From Eubacteriales bacterium (lineage in GTDB: Bacteria > Bacillota > Clostridia > Oscillospirales > CAG-272), in NCBI GenBank assembly GCA_045532215.1, contig JAZSFM010000030.1, positions 1 to 49,024 on the forward strand: a stretch of 49,024 bases of DNA, read 5' to 3'. How positions within the stretch are numbered: position 1 is the first letter of the stretch; each line of letters begins with the position of its first letter. The notes under the pieces are model-generated. The model was not told the origin of the DNA. It searched no databases and was given only the letters and a program-made list of their open reading frames with translations. This document shows positions 10,721 through 21,484 of this stretch, piece by piece. The position numbers were made by a program, and so were the translations under genes.

Positions 10721-12154
10721 TCATTCTACCTCCTTGGTTTTTTGCACGTTGATTCGTGATTTACCACCGCACTTGGTGACATCCTCATAAGGAATGTTCA
10801 TTTCCTGTGCGAGAAGTTCTACAATGTAAGGGGAGCAGAAGCCGCCCTGACAGCGTCCCATTTGCGCGCGTGTGCGACGCTTGACACCGTCGAGGTCACG
10901 CGGACGCGGATTTTGACGGATAGCTGCCAAAATTTCGCCCTCGCTAACACCCTCACAACGGCAAATGATGTGACCGTAGGTGGGGTCTTTTGCAATGATT
11001 GCGTTCTTTTCTTCAATCGTACCTTCACGGAATGCGTGGGTTGCAGGACGAATGGGGTTGAAATCGGCTTTCTTCTCGAGTGTAAGACCTGCCTTATCGA
11101 GGAGCTCGACTACCATTTCGGCAATGGCGGGGGCGGAGGAAAGTCCGGGAGATTCAATACCTGCTACGTTTATAAAACGGGGCAGTGTGTTGTTGATGAT
11201 AAAGTCACCCGTAGAGCCGACCGCGCGCAATCCGCAGAACGAGGTAATGCTCTTGCCAAAGGGAATGCCCGTAGTGTTCTCGTTGCTCTGTTGCATAACG
11301 AACGCCAATCCCTCGGCGGTGGTGGATTTATCAAACTTATCTTCAATATCCACACCCGTAGGGCCTGTAATCAGGTTGCCGTCAACTGTGGGGGAGACAA
11401 GAATTCCTTTGCCCATTTTGCCGGGCGTGCGGAAGATGGTGTGCTTAACAAGCGTTCCACATTCCTTGTCCAACAGCACGTATTCGCCGCGACGCGGATG
11501 AATGGAGAAACTGTCGTCTCCTGCCATTTTGGCAACCTCGTCGGCAAAAACGCCTGCCGCGTTGATGACGTAACGAGCCGAAACGGTCTCATTTGCAGAG
11601 GAAACTTCATAGTGCGTGCCAAGGTCGCGAATGTCGCTCACGGCAAAGTCGAGTTTGAGGTCGGCACCGTTGTCCATTGCGTTACCAATGGATGCGATAG
11701 TTAGCTCGTACGGGCAAACGATAGCACCCGTGGGTGCGTGGAGCGCACACAAGACGTCGGGGGAAAGGTTGGGCTCAAGAGCGTGCAGTTCTTCTTTTTC
11801 AAGGATACGGAGTCCTTCAACACCGTTCTTGTTTCCACGTACAAGCAGTGCTTCAAGAGCGGCACGGTCTTCTTCATTGAAGCCGATAACGAGAGAGCCG
11901 TTGTTTTGATACTTGACGCCGAGTTCTTTACAGACTGTGGGCATCAAGAGAGAGCCGCGCACGTTGAGTTTGGCCTTGAGGGACCCCTCTTTGGCATCAT
12001 AGCCCGCGTGCACGATAGCAGAGTTTGCCGCACTTGCACCCGTGGCAACGTCATGCGCTTTTTCCAAAATGCAAATATTGAGTTGATAGGAAGCCAGCGT
12101 GCGTGCGATCATACCGCCCACAACACCGCCGCCTATAATGGCAACATCATACAT
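10721..12154 (-). CDS. FAD-dependent dehydrogenase (glycerol-3-phosphate dehydrogenase/LhgO-like) with C-terminal BFD-like [2Fe-2S] domain
   Basis: GGGVVG, SAANSAIVHAG, GIESPGL, ICRCE..GRCQGGFC. Confidence 0.85.
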   Translation of the reverse strand: MYDVAIIGGGVVGGMIARTLASYQLNICILEKAHDVATGASAANSAIVHAGYDAKEGSLKAKLNVRGSLLMPTVCKELGVKYQNNGSLVIGFNEEDRAALEALLVRGNKNGVEGLRILEKEELHALEPNLSPDVLCALHAPTGAIVCPYELTIASIGNAMDNGADLKLDFAVSDIRDLGTHYEVSSANETVSARYVINAAGVFADEVAKMAGDDSFSIHPRRGEYVLLDKECGTLVKHTIFRTPGKMGKGILVSPTVDGNLITGPTGVDIEDKFDKSTTAEGLAFVMQQSNENTTGIPFGKSITSFCGLRAVGSTGDFIINNTLPRFINVAGIESPGLSSAPAIAEMVVELLDKAGLTLEKKADFNPIRPATHAFREGTIEEKNAIIAKDPTYGHIICRCEGVSEGEILAAIRQNPRPRDLDGVKRRTRAQMGRCQGGFCSPYIVELLAQEMNIPYEDVTKCGGKSRINVQKTKEVE

Positions 12155-12192
12155 AGTATTTATTTCCTTTCGTCAGGGAGTGAAATAGAAGA

Positions 12193-13961
12193 TCAAAGAT
12201 TTGAATAAAGAGCATACAGCTCGCTGTAAATGCCACCCGAAGCCATCAGTTCCTGGTGCGTGCCCGATTCTTCAATGCCGTTCTCGGTGAGCACCAAGAT
12301 GCGGTCGGCATTGCGAATGGTGGTCAAGCGGTGCGCAATGGTAAAGGTGGTTCTGCCTTGCGCGAGTTTTTCAAGAGACTGTTGAACAAGTCGCTCGCTC
12401 TCGTTGTCAAGAGCGCTGGTTGCTTCGTCAAGAATGAGGATAGGCGGGTTTTTGAGGAACAGACGCGCAATGGAGATACGTTGTTTTTGTCCACCCGAGA
12501 GTTTTACGCCACGCTCACCAACATAAGTGTCATAACCGTTGGGCAGCGTTGCGATGAACTCGTGTGCACCTGCAAGACGCGCGGCGGCTTCAATTTCTTC
12601 ATCGGTGGCATCGACTTTGCCGTAGGCAATGTTCTCGCGAACACTGCCCGAAAAGAGGTAAACGTCTTGTGCTACCACACCAATGCAATTACGCAGAGAG
12701 TGCATGGTAACATCGCGAATATCCTTACCGTCCACCAAAATCTTGCCCGACGATACCTCATAAAAACGGGGGATGAGCGAGCAGAGCGTGGTTTTACCGC
12801 CACCGGAGGGGCCAACGAGCGCGATGTTTTCGCCGGGTTCTACCGTCAAATCAAGGTGAGTGAGCACATTTTTGGTTTCGGTTTCATAGCGGAAGGAAAC
12901 GTCGCAGAATTCCACACGTCCTTTTACATCCGAGAGATTGATGGCATTGGGAGCATCTTGAATTTCGGGCTCGGTTTCCATAATTTCTTGAAAACGTTCG
13001 ATACCCGAAATGCCTTGTTGAAATTGCTCTGAGAATTCTACGATGCGGCGAATGGATGTGAGAAGCGTTGAAACAAACATCAAGTATGCAATGTAGTCGG
13101 GGGGCGTAATGGTGGGCAGATTTCCAATGCCCATCATAAAGAGCGCACCCATAACCACAACAAGAATGTACATCAGTCCGTCAAACAGACGGGTAGAGGA
13201 ATGGAACGCACCCATAATGCGGTAACGTTCGCTCTTAATGCGTAAATATTCGCAGTTGCCGCCTGCAAATTTTCTTTCTTCTTCATTTTCGCGTGCAAAG
13301 GAGCGCGTAACGCGAACACCGAGGAGACTATCCTCAATTTGCGAGTTGAGCTCGCCAATTTGCTTGCGCGATTCACGGAAGTTCGAGCGCATACGGCGAC
13401 GGAAAAAGATAGAGAGTGCAAGAATAAGCGGAATGACCGAGAAGATGATAAGCGTGAGCGGCACGTTGATGGTGCACAGCAGTATGAAAGCACCAATAAT
13501 CTTAACGCCCGCAATAAAGAATTCCTCGGGGCAGTGATGCGCAAACTCGGTCACGTCAAACAGGTCGGTGGTAATGCGCGACATCAAGGTTCCCACCTTG
13601 GTGTTGTCGTAATACGAGAAAGAAAGTTTTTGCAAATGAGAGAAGAGGTCGCGGCGCATATCGGTCTCGATCTTCGTTCCCATAATATGACCGATAGAGG
13701 TCATAAAGTAGTTGGCGGCAGTGTCGATAATGCGCAAAAGGATATATGCACCGCCAATGCCGAGGATGAGTGGGAGAGTGAGTTCTGAAAGATCCTCGCT
13801 GGATGCCGCATCGGTAATGGTGCGCACCACCATGGGGAGCACCAACTCACAAATGGTGGTCAGCGCGGCGCAAAAGAGGTCAAATGCCATAATGCCGCAA
13901 TAGGGCTTGTAGTAGGGCAGGAACTTGCCAATGAGCCCTACGTTTTTATTCTTTTTTCGTT

Positions 13962-13965
<4 letters not shown>
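12193..13965 (-). CDS. ABC exporter, fused permease/ATPase (MsbA/MdlB-like)
   Basis: TM domain plus GPSGGGKT, LSGGQKQR, ILDEAT. Confidence 0.92.
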
Positions 13966-15896
<1,931 letters not shown>

Positions 15897-15920
15897 AAAA
15901 TGATACTTCCTTTTGTGGGG

Positions 15921-16547
15921 TTAAAATTTGGTTTTGGCTTCTACGGCAACACCGAGGATGCGTGCTCTGCCAATTTCAAAATCCTCGGGCGAGAGTTGAA
16001 TAGGAGAGTAGTCTTCATTTTCGGGGGAGAGCAGAATACGGCGATTCTCTTTGGAAAAACGCTTGACAGTTGCGCTCTCGCCATCTACGAGGCAAGCAAC
16101 GATGTCGCCATTTTCGGCGTACTGCTGTTTGTGAAAGAGAACGTATGTACCGTCCACAATGCCGCAGTTTTTCATACTGTCGCCGCAAACTTCCAAATAG
16201 AAGTATTCTTCAACGTCGTCAACGTCGGCAAATTCGTGACCGAGCATGGTTTCGTCGGTGACGATGGGGCGGCCTGCGCGAATGACGCCAATGACGGGAA
16301 CCATCTTGCGCGCGCGCAAATGGCGGTAAGCCGACTCGGTGTCGCGCGTACCGCTGGAGGTGCCCATCAGCTCGTCGAGCGTGAGCGAGAAATATTCGGC
16401 AATGCGGGTAAGCTTATCCACCTTGGGGGTGGAGCGTCCGTTCTTCCAATCGGTAAAGGTCGACGCTGCAATTTTGGTAGCTTTGGAGACCTGGTAAACC
16501 GTGGTGCCCTTTTCGTGTAGGAGACGTTCAAAAATCGAGTATTCCAT
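15921..16547 (-). CDS. CI-like repressor: XRE HTH plus S24 autopeptidase
   Basis: N-terminal XRE HTH (STFTDWKNGRSTP..IAEYF); Ala-Gly cleavage site (IRAG); catalytic Ser (GDSM) and Lys (TVKR). Confidence 0.88.
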   Translation of the reverse strand: MEYSIFERLLHEKGTTVYQVSKATKIAASTFTDWKNGRSTPKVDKLTRIAEYFSLTLDELMGTSSGTRDTESAYRHLRARKMVPVIGVIRAGRPIVTDETMLGHEFADVDDVEEYFYLEVCGDSMKNCGIVDGTYVLFHKQQYAENGDIVACLVDGESATVKRFSKENRRILLSPENEDYSPIQLSPEDFEIGRARILGVAVEAKTKF

Positions 16548-16638
16548 TCCTTTTTCTCCTTGTTTTGGCAAAATTATACAATTTACTATTCTTTCTTTTG
16601 TGTAAAGCATAGAATATCAAGAAAATACGAAATACTAC

Positions 16639-16711
16639 TTGACAATACTTCGGTTTTCCGATATAATGTGTGTACTACCACTATTATAACGGATTTCCGA
16701 AGATTTGTCAA
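16639..16711. promoter_or_regulatory. Face-to-face pair of perfect sigma-A promoters with operator palindromes in the spacers
   Basis: Plus TTGACA(16639)-17-TATAAT(16667); minus TTGACA(16711)-17-TATAAT(16683); spacers contain CGGTTTTCCGA and CGGATTTCCGA. Confidence 0.85.
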
Positions 16712-16801
16712 TAGAAATCGAAAAAATTCGACAAAAAATTTGAAAATCCTAAAAAAACCGACAATATGATACGGAATTGCGAAACAGAAAGGAGCGACTA
16801 A

Positions 16802-17170
16802 ATGACACAAAATGAAGAAATGAGAATACGCGAGGTGGCACGCAATTATTTATGTGGCTATCAGCTTTGTTTGGATATGCTGAAATTGCGAAAATACGAG
16901 AGAAAACGCGCGGCAAAATTCGACGAATTGTGTGACTGTGAGGATATTCTATCGGGCGACGAAGCATATTGGAAAGCGCGCATTTATGAGATTGCCACCT
17001 TTTTAGGCAGAATGAAAAACGGCAGAGAAAAGATGCTCCTATATTACCGCTACGTCAAAGGGGAAAGCATCGAGTACGCAGCAGGATTGTTAGGTATCTC
17101 TCGCCGCACGGCTTACCGCTTGTGGAACCGCGCACTCCTTTCAGCAGGCCTGCTTTTGGAGAGTAGATAG
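16802..17170 (+). CDS. ArpU/RinA-like phage transcriptional activator (sigma-70 region 4-like HTH)
   Basis: RBS AAAGGAG; 122 aa with C-terminal LLYYRYVKGESIEYAAGLLGISRRTAYR, typical of phage late activators. Confidence 0.7.
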   Translation: MTQNEEMRIREVARNYLCGYQLCLDMLKLRKYERKRAAKFDELCDCEDILSGDEAYWKARIYEIATFLGRMKNGREKMLLYYRYVKGESIEYAAGLLGISRRTAYRLWNRALLSAGLLLESR

Positions 17171-17180
17171 AAGTTTTTTA

Positions 17181-17214
17181 TGGGAAACTTTTTTCGCGAA
17201 AAAAGTTTCCCCAC
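17181..17214 (+). repeat. Shortened copy of the REP-like hairpin, probably acting as terminator
   Basis: GGGAAACTTTTTT-CGCG-AAAAAAGTTTCCC, same stem motif as the 2479 and 20244 copies. Confidence 0.6.
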
Positions 17215-17232
17215 AAAAAATCTACTAATATA

Positions 17233-17261
17233 TTGACAATCTCACTTTTTTGTGATACAAT
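17233..17261 (+). promoter_or_regulatory. Sigma-A promoter of the valS leader
   Basis: TTGACA-17-TACAAT with TG extension. Confidence 0.7.
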
Positions 17262-17269
17262 AACTTGAA

Positions 17270-17532
17270 ACACAATGAAAAAGAGGAGTACGCGATCTTT
17301 GACGTGCAGAGAGAGGGCGGTTGGTGCAAGCCCTTGGTCGACGGTTGCGGAAGTCACTTTGGAGTGGTGTCGGGGAAGGGAAGCTCATTTTTGCTTCCTG
17401 TGTAGTCGGCAACGGGGTCCACCGTTATAGGAGTTGAGTGTGTATCCGTGCGCCTTTTTTGGCATGGATGCAAAATCAGGTGGTACCGCGTGCTTCCACG
17501 TCCTGATGATGGACTTGGGAGCTTTTTCTTTT
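17270..17532 (+). promoter_or_regulatory. T-box riboswitch (Val)
   Basis: AGAGA and GGTG stem-I motifs, specifier GAA-GTC-A (Val codon at 17353), T-box CAGGTGGTACCGCG (17477-17490), terminator with U tract, directly upstream of valS. Confidence 0.9.
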
Positions 17533-17576
17533 GTCAAAAAATAATTTGCACATATATTTTCAGGAGGTCTATTACA

Positions 17577-20230
17577 ATGGATCAGTACAACGAGCTACCA
17601 AAAACTTACGCGCCGTCGGAGTTTGAGGACAGAATTTATCAAGAATGGTGTGATAAGGGCTACTTTACGCCCGACGTCAAAAACGATGCGGAGCATTTCT
17701 CCGTAGTCATTCCGCCCCCCAATGTAACGGGACAGTTGCACATGGGTCACGCGCTCGACGAGACCTTGCAGGACATTCTCGTTCGTTACAAGAGAATGCA
17801 GGGCTTTAACACCCTTTGGATTCCCGGCACCGACCACGCAGGCATCGCTACGCAAATTAAGGTTGAGGAGCGCCTGCGCGTAGAAGAGGGACTTTCCCGC
17901 TACGATCTCGGCCGTGAAAAGTTCTTGGAGCGCGTTTGGGATTGGAAAGATAAATACGAAGCGCGCATCACGGGTCAGCTCAAAAAGCTAGGCGCATCCT
18001 GCGACTGGACGCGTCAACGCTTCACCTTTGACGAGGGCTGCTCCCGCGCCGTTCGCGACGTATTTGTAAATCTTTACGAAAAAGGACTTATCTATCGCGG
18101 CTACCGCATCATCAACTGGTGCCCGCGCTGCCTCACGGCTCTCTCTGATGCCGAGGTAGAGTATAAGGATCAACCCGGCCACTTCTGGCACATCAAATAT
18201 CCCATTAAGGGTGAGGACGGCTACGTTGAGGTTGCCACCACCCGTCCCGAGACCATGTTCGGTGATACTGCTGTTGCAGTTAACCCCGAGGACGAGGATA
18301 TGAAGCACCTCATCGGCAAGACGCTCATTCTGCCCGTAGTTGGCAGAGAGATTCCTGTGATTGCCGACGATTACGTTGAAATCGGCTTTGGTACCGGTTG
18401 CGTAAGATCACCCCCGCACACGACCCCAACGACTTCCTCGTTGGTCAACGCCATAATCTCGAGCAGATCAAGGTTATGAACGATGATGCCACCATGAACG
18501 CAGGTGCAGGTAAATATGAGGGCATGGATCGTTACGAATGCCGCAAGGCACTCGTTGCACAGCTTGAAGCAGAGGGATACCTTGTCAAGACCGTTCCTCA
18601 CGACCACAACGTTGGCGTTTGCTACCGTTGCGGTACAACCGTTGAGCCCATGACGTCCGACCAATGGTTCGTTAAAATGAAGCCCCTGGCACAACCCGCT
18701 ATCGAGGCGGTAGAGTCGGGCGACATCCGCTTTGTTCCCGAGCGTTTCTCCAAAAACTATTTCAACTGGATGAACAACATCCTCGACTGGTGCATTTCCC
18801 GTCAACTTTGGTGGGGACACCGTATTCCCGCATTCTACTGCGACGATTGCGGTGAGATGACCGTTTCTCGCACGGACATCACCATCTGTCCCAAGTGCGG
18901 CGCTCCTGTCCGTCAGGATGAAGACGTACTTGACACTTGGTTCTCGTCGGCTCTGTGGCCCTTCTCCACAATGGGTTGGCCCGAGATGACCGAGGATCTC
19001 AAAAAATACTATCCCACAAGCGTTCTCGTTACCGGATACGACATCATTACCTTCTGGGTATCCCGTATGATTTTCTCGGGACTTGAGCACATGGGTGAAA
19101 AGCCCTTTGACACCGTATTCATTCACGGCCTCGTTCGTGACGCGCAGGGAAGAAAGATGTCCAAGTCGCTTGGCAACGGTATCGATCCTCTTGAAATCAT
19201 CGACAAATACGGTGCCGACGCGCTCCGCTTCGCTCTTTCCACGGGTAACTCTCCCGGAAACGATATGCGTTTCTCGGATGAGAAGATGGAAGCTGCCCGC
19301 AACTTTGCAAACAAGCTGTGGAACGCATCTCGCTTTGTTCGCATGAACCTGACCATCGATAAGGTTGAGCTGCCTGACGTATCCCTGCTCACCGCCGAGG
19401 ATAAGTGGATTCTGACCGAATACAACAAGACCGTAGCAAGCGTTACAAGCGCGCTCGATCACTTTGAAATCGGTGTAGCACTCAGCGCAATTTACGACTT
19501 TATTTGGGATATTTTCTGCGATTGGTATATTGAACTCACCAAGAGCCGCCTTGCCGAAAAGGATACCGAGGGCAATCGCGTAGCACAAAACGTACTTTGC
19601 TATGTTCTCACGGGCACGCTCAAGCTCCTGCATCCCTTTATGCCTTTCATCACCGAGGAAATTTACGGCGCACTGCCTCAGGAGGGTGATGCCGAGAGCA
19701 TTATGATCTCCGCATATCCCAAGGCAAACGACGCGCTGAGTTTCCCCGAGGAATCTCTGCAACTCTCTCGCGTAATTGCCGCAATCAAGGCGATCCGTAA
19801 CCGCCGCAACGAGATGAACGTTGTTCCTTCTCGCAAGGCAAAGGTCTTTATTGCAACCGCCTATCCCGAGTCCTTTGGCGAGAACACCTATCCTTTCTTC
19901 GCTCGTCTGGCGTCTGCCGCCGACGTAGCCGTTGCCGCATCCTTCGGGGATGATACCGTCAGCGGTGATAACGCGGTTCAGATCATTACCGACTCTGCAA
20001 CCATCTATCTGCCGCTTGCCGACCTCGTCGACACCGAAAAGGAACGCGCACGTCTTGAAGGCGAAGCAAAGAAACTTGAGGGCGAGATCGCCCGTCTTGT
20101 CGGCAAACTCTCCAATGAGGGCTTTGTTGCCAAAGCACCTGCCGCTGTTGTAGATGCCGAGCGCGCAAAACTCGCAAAATATCAAGAAAATCTTGATGGC
20201 GTTAAGAACGCACTTGAAAAGTTGAAATAA
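17577..20230 (+). CDS. valS: Valine-tRNA ligase with one frameshift at about 18403 (probably an assembly error)
   Basis: PPPNVTG, HMGH, KMSKS and [12 protein letters not shown]; GTGCV|KITPAHD is split across frames at TGCGTAAGATC (one base missing). Confidence 0.95.
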
Positions 20231-20296
20231 TTTTATAGAAGAATGCGGGGGAACCTTTTTTGCAAAAAGAGGTCCCCCCGCACCCCTTCCAAAAAA
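20231..20296 (+). repeat. REP-like hairpin repeat, copy 2
   Basis: TGCGGGGGAACCTTTTTT-GC-AAAAAGAGGTCCCCCCGCA plus CCCCTTCCAAAAA, matching copy 1. Confidence 0.8.
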
Positions 20297-20345
20297 CTCT
20301 CGCACTTAAAAGGGATTTTCTGTTAATTTGCCATATGATTTTCTA

Positions 20346-20375
20346 TTGACAAGAAGGGCAAAAATATGATATAAT
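20346..20375 (+). promoter_or_regulatory. Sigma-A promoter of the GMP synthase gene
   Basis: TTGACA-18-TATAAT with TG extension. Confidence 0.65.
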
Positions 20376-20423
20376 TTTTTTATCAAAGAGCCCCAATTTT
20401 TGAATGTACGGAGGAAAACGGTT

Positions 20424-21407
20424 ATGAATTTGCCTAACAAACGCCCCGAAACAATGGCGCGCATCACCACAAAAAAGCTGGCGGATGCTTTTATTGCACA
20501 GCAGGTACGCGAAATTCGCGCGCAGGTAGGTGACAAAAAGGTTCTTTTGGCACTTTCGGGCGGTGTAGATTCGTCCGTCGTAGCGGCACTTCTCATCAAA
20601 GCGATTGGCCGTCAGCTCGTTTGCGTCCACGTCAATCATGGACTCATGCGCAAGGGCGAGAGTGAACAGGTTATCGAGGTATTCGGCAAAGAACTGGATG
20701 CCAACCTTATTTACGTCGATGCAACCGACCGTTTTCTTGACCTCTTGGCAGGCGTTGCAGAACCCGAAAAGAAGAGAAAGATCATTGGCGGCGAATTCAT
20801 CAAGGTGTTTGACGAAGAGGCATCCAAGCTCGAGGGCATTTCTTTCCTCGCACAGGGAACCATCTATCCCGATATTTTAGAGTCCGACGGTGTTAAGGCG
20901 CACCACAACGTAGGCGGACTTCCCGAAGATATGGAATTTGAACTCGTTGAGCCCGTGCGTCTGCTTTACAAGGACGAGGTCCGCGTAGTAGGCGAGGCAC
21001 TCGGACTGCCGCACGCAATGGTCTACCGTCAGCCGTTCCCGGGCCCCGGACTTGGTGTTCGTTGTCTTGGCGCGACCACGCGCGTCCGCCTGCATGCTCT
21101 CCGCGAGGCGGATGCCATTTTGCGCGAGGAATTTGACAAAAACGGACTCGCAGGCAAGGTTTGGCAATACTTTATCGCTGTACCCGATTTCAAGAGCGTT
21201 GGCGTGCGCGACGGCAAGAGATACGAGGGCTGGCCTGCCATCATCCGTGCGGTCAATACCACCGACGCTATGAGCGCCACCATCGAGGAGATCCCGTACG
21301 CACTCTTGCACCACATCACAAATCGCATCACCGCCGAGGTAGAGGGCATCAACCGCGTATTGCTTGATTTGACCCCGAAGCCCATAGGCACAATAGAATG
21401 GGAATAA
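20424..21407 (+). CDS. guaA: GMP synthase ATP-pyrophosphatase and C-terminal domains only (subunit B-like, no GATase domain)
   Basis: SGGVDSS PP-loop, QGTIYPD, HHNVGGLP, RQPFPGPGL, KPIGTIEWE; 327 aa with its own promoter and RBS GGAGG. Confidence 0.88.
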   Translation: MNLPNKRPETMARITTKKLADAFIAQQVREIRAQVGDKKVLLALSGGVDSSVVAALLIKAIGRQLVCVHVNHGLMRKGESEQVIEVFGKELDANLIYVDATDRFLDLLAGVAEPEKKRKIIGGEFIKVFDEEASKLEGISFLAQGTIYPDILESDGVKAHHNVGGLPEDMEFELVEPVRLLYKDEVRVVGEALGLPHAMVYRQPFPGPGLGVRCLGATTRVRLHALREADAILREEFDKNGLAGKVWQYFIAVPDFKSVGVRDGKRYEGWPAIIRAVNTTDAMSATIEEIPYALLHHITNRITAEVEGINRVLLDLTPKPIGTIEWE

Positions 21408-21425
21408 TACAAAAATCTAAATAAC

Positions 21426-21457
21426 AAGCTCCCCCTGCCAAACGGCAGAGGGAGCTT
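21426..21457. terminator. Bidirectional terminator
   Basis: AAGCTCCCCCTGCC-AAAC-GGCAGAGGGAGCTT between convergent genes. Confidence 0.75.
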
Positions 21458-21484
21458 TCTTATTCTGTTTGCAGAGCTTTCAAA

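Noticed and set aside
15921-16547. Calling the S24 repressor lexA
   Set aside because: The N-terminus is an XRE-type HTH rather than the LexA winged helix, and no GAAC-N4-GTTC box is upstream; better described as CI-like
17448-20230. valS as a true pseudogene or naturally split gene
   Set aside because: Single lesion in an essential, otherwise conserved gene with an intact T-box; assembly error is more likely
18371-20305. Long antisense ORFs (644 aa here; also 23042-24658, 32579-33766, 34328-35554, 9226-10266)
   Set aside because: Shadow frames of well-supported genes, with no recognisable motifs
20376-20423. Purine riboswitch before guaA
   Set aside because: The leader is too short and lacks the conserved aptamer core
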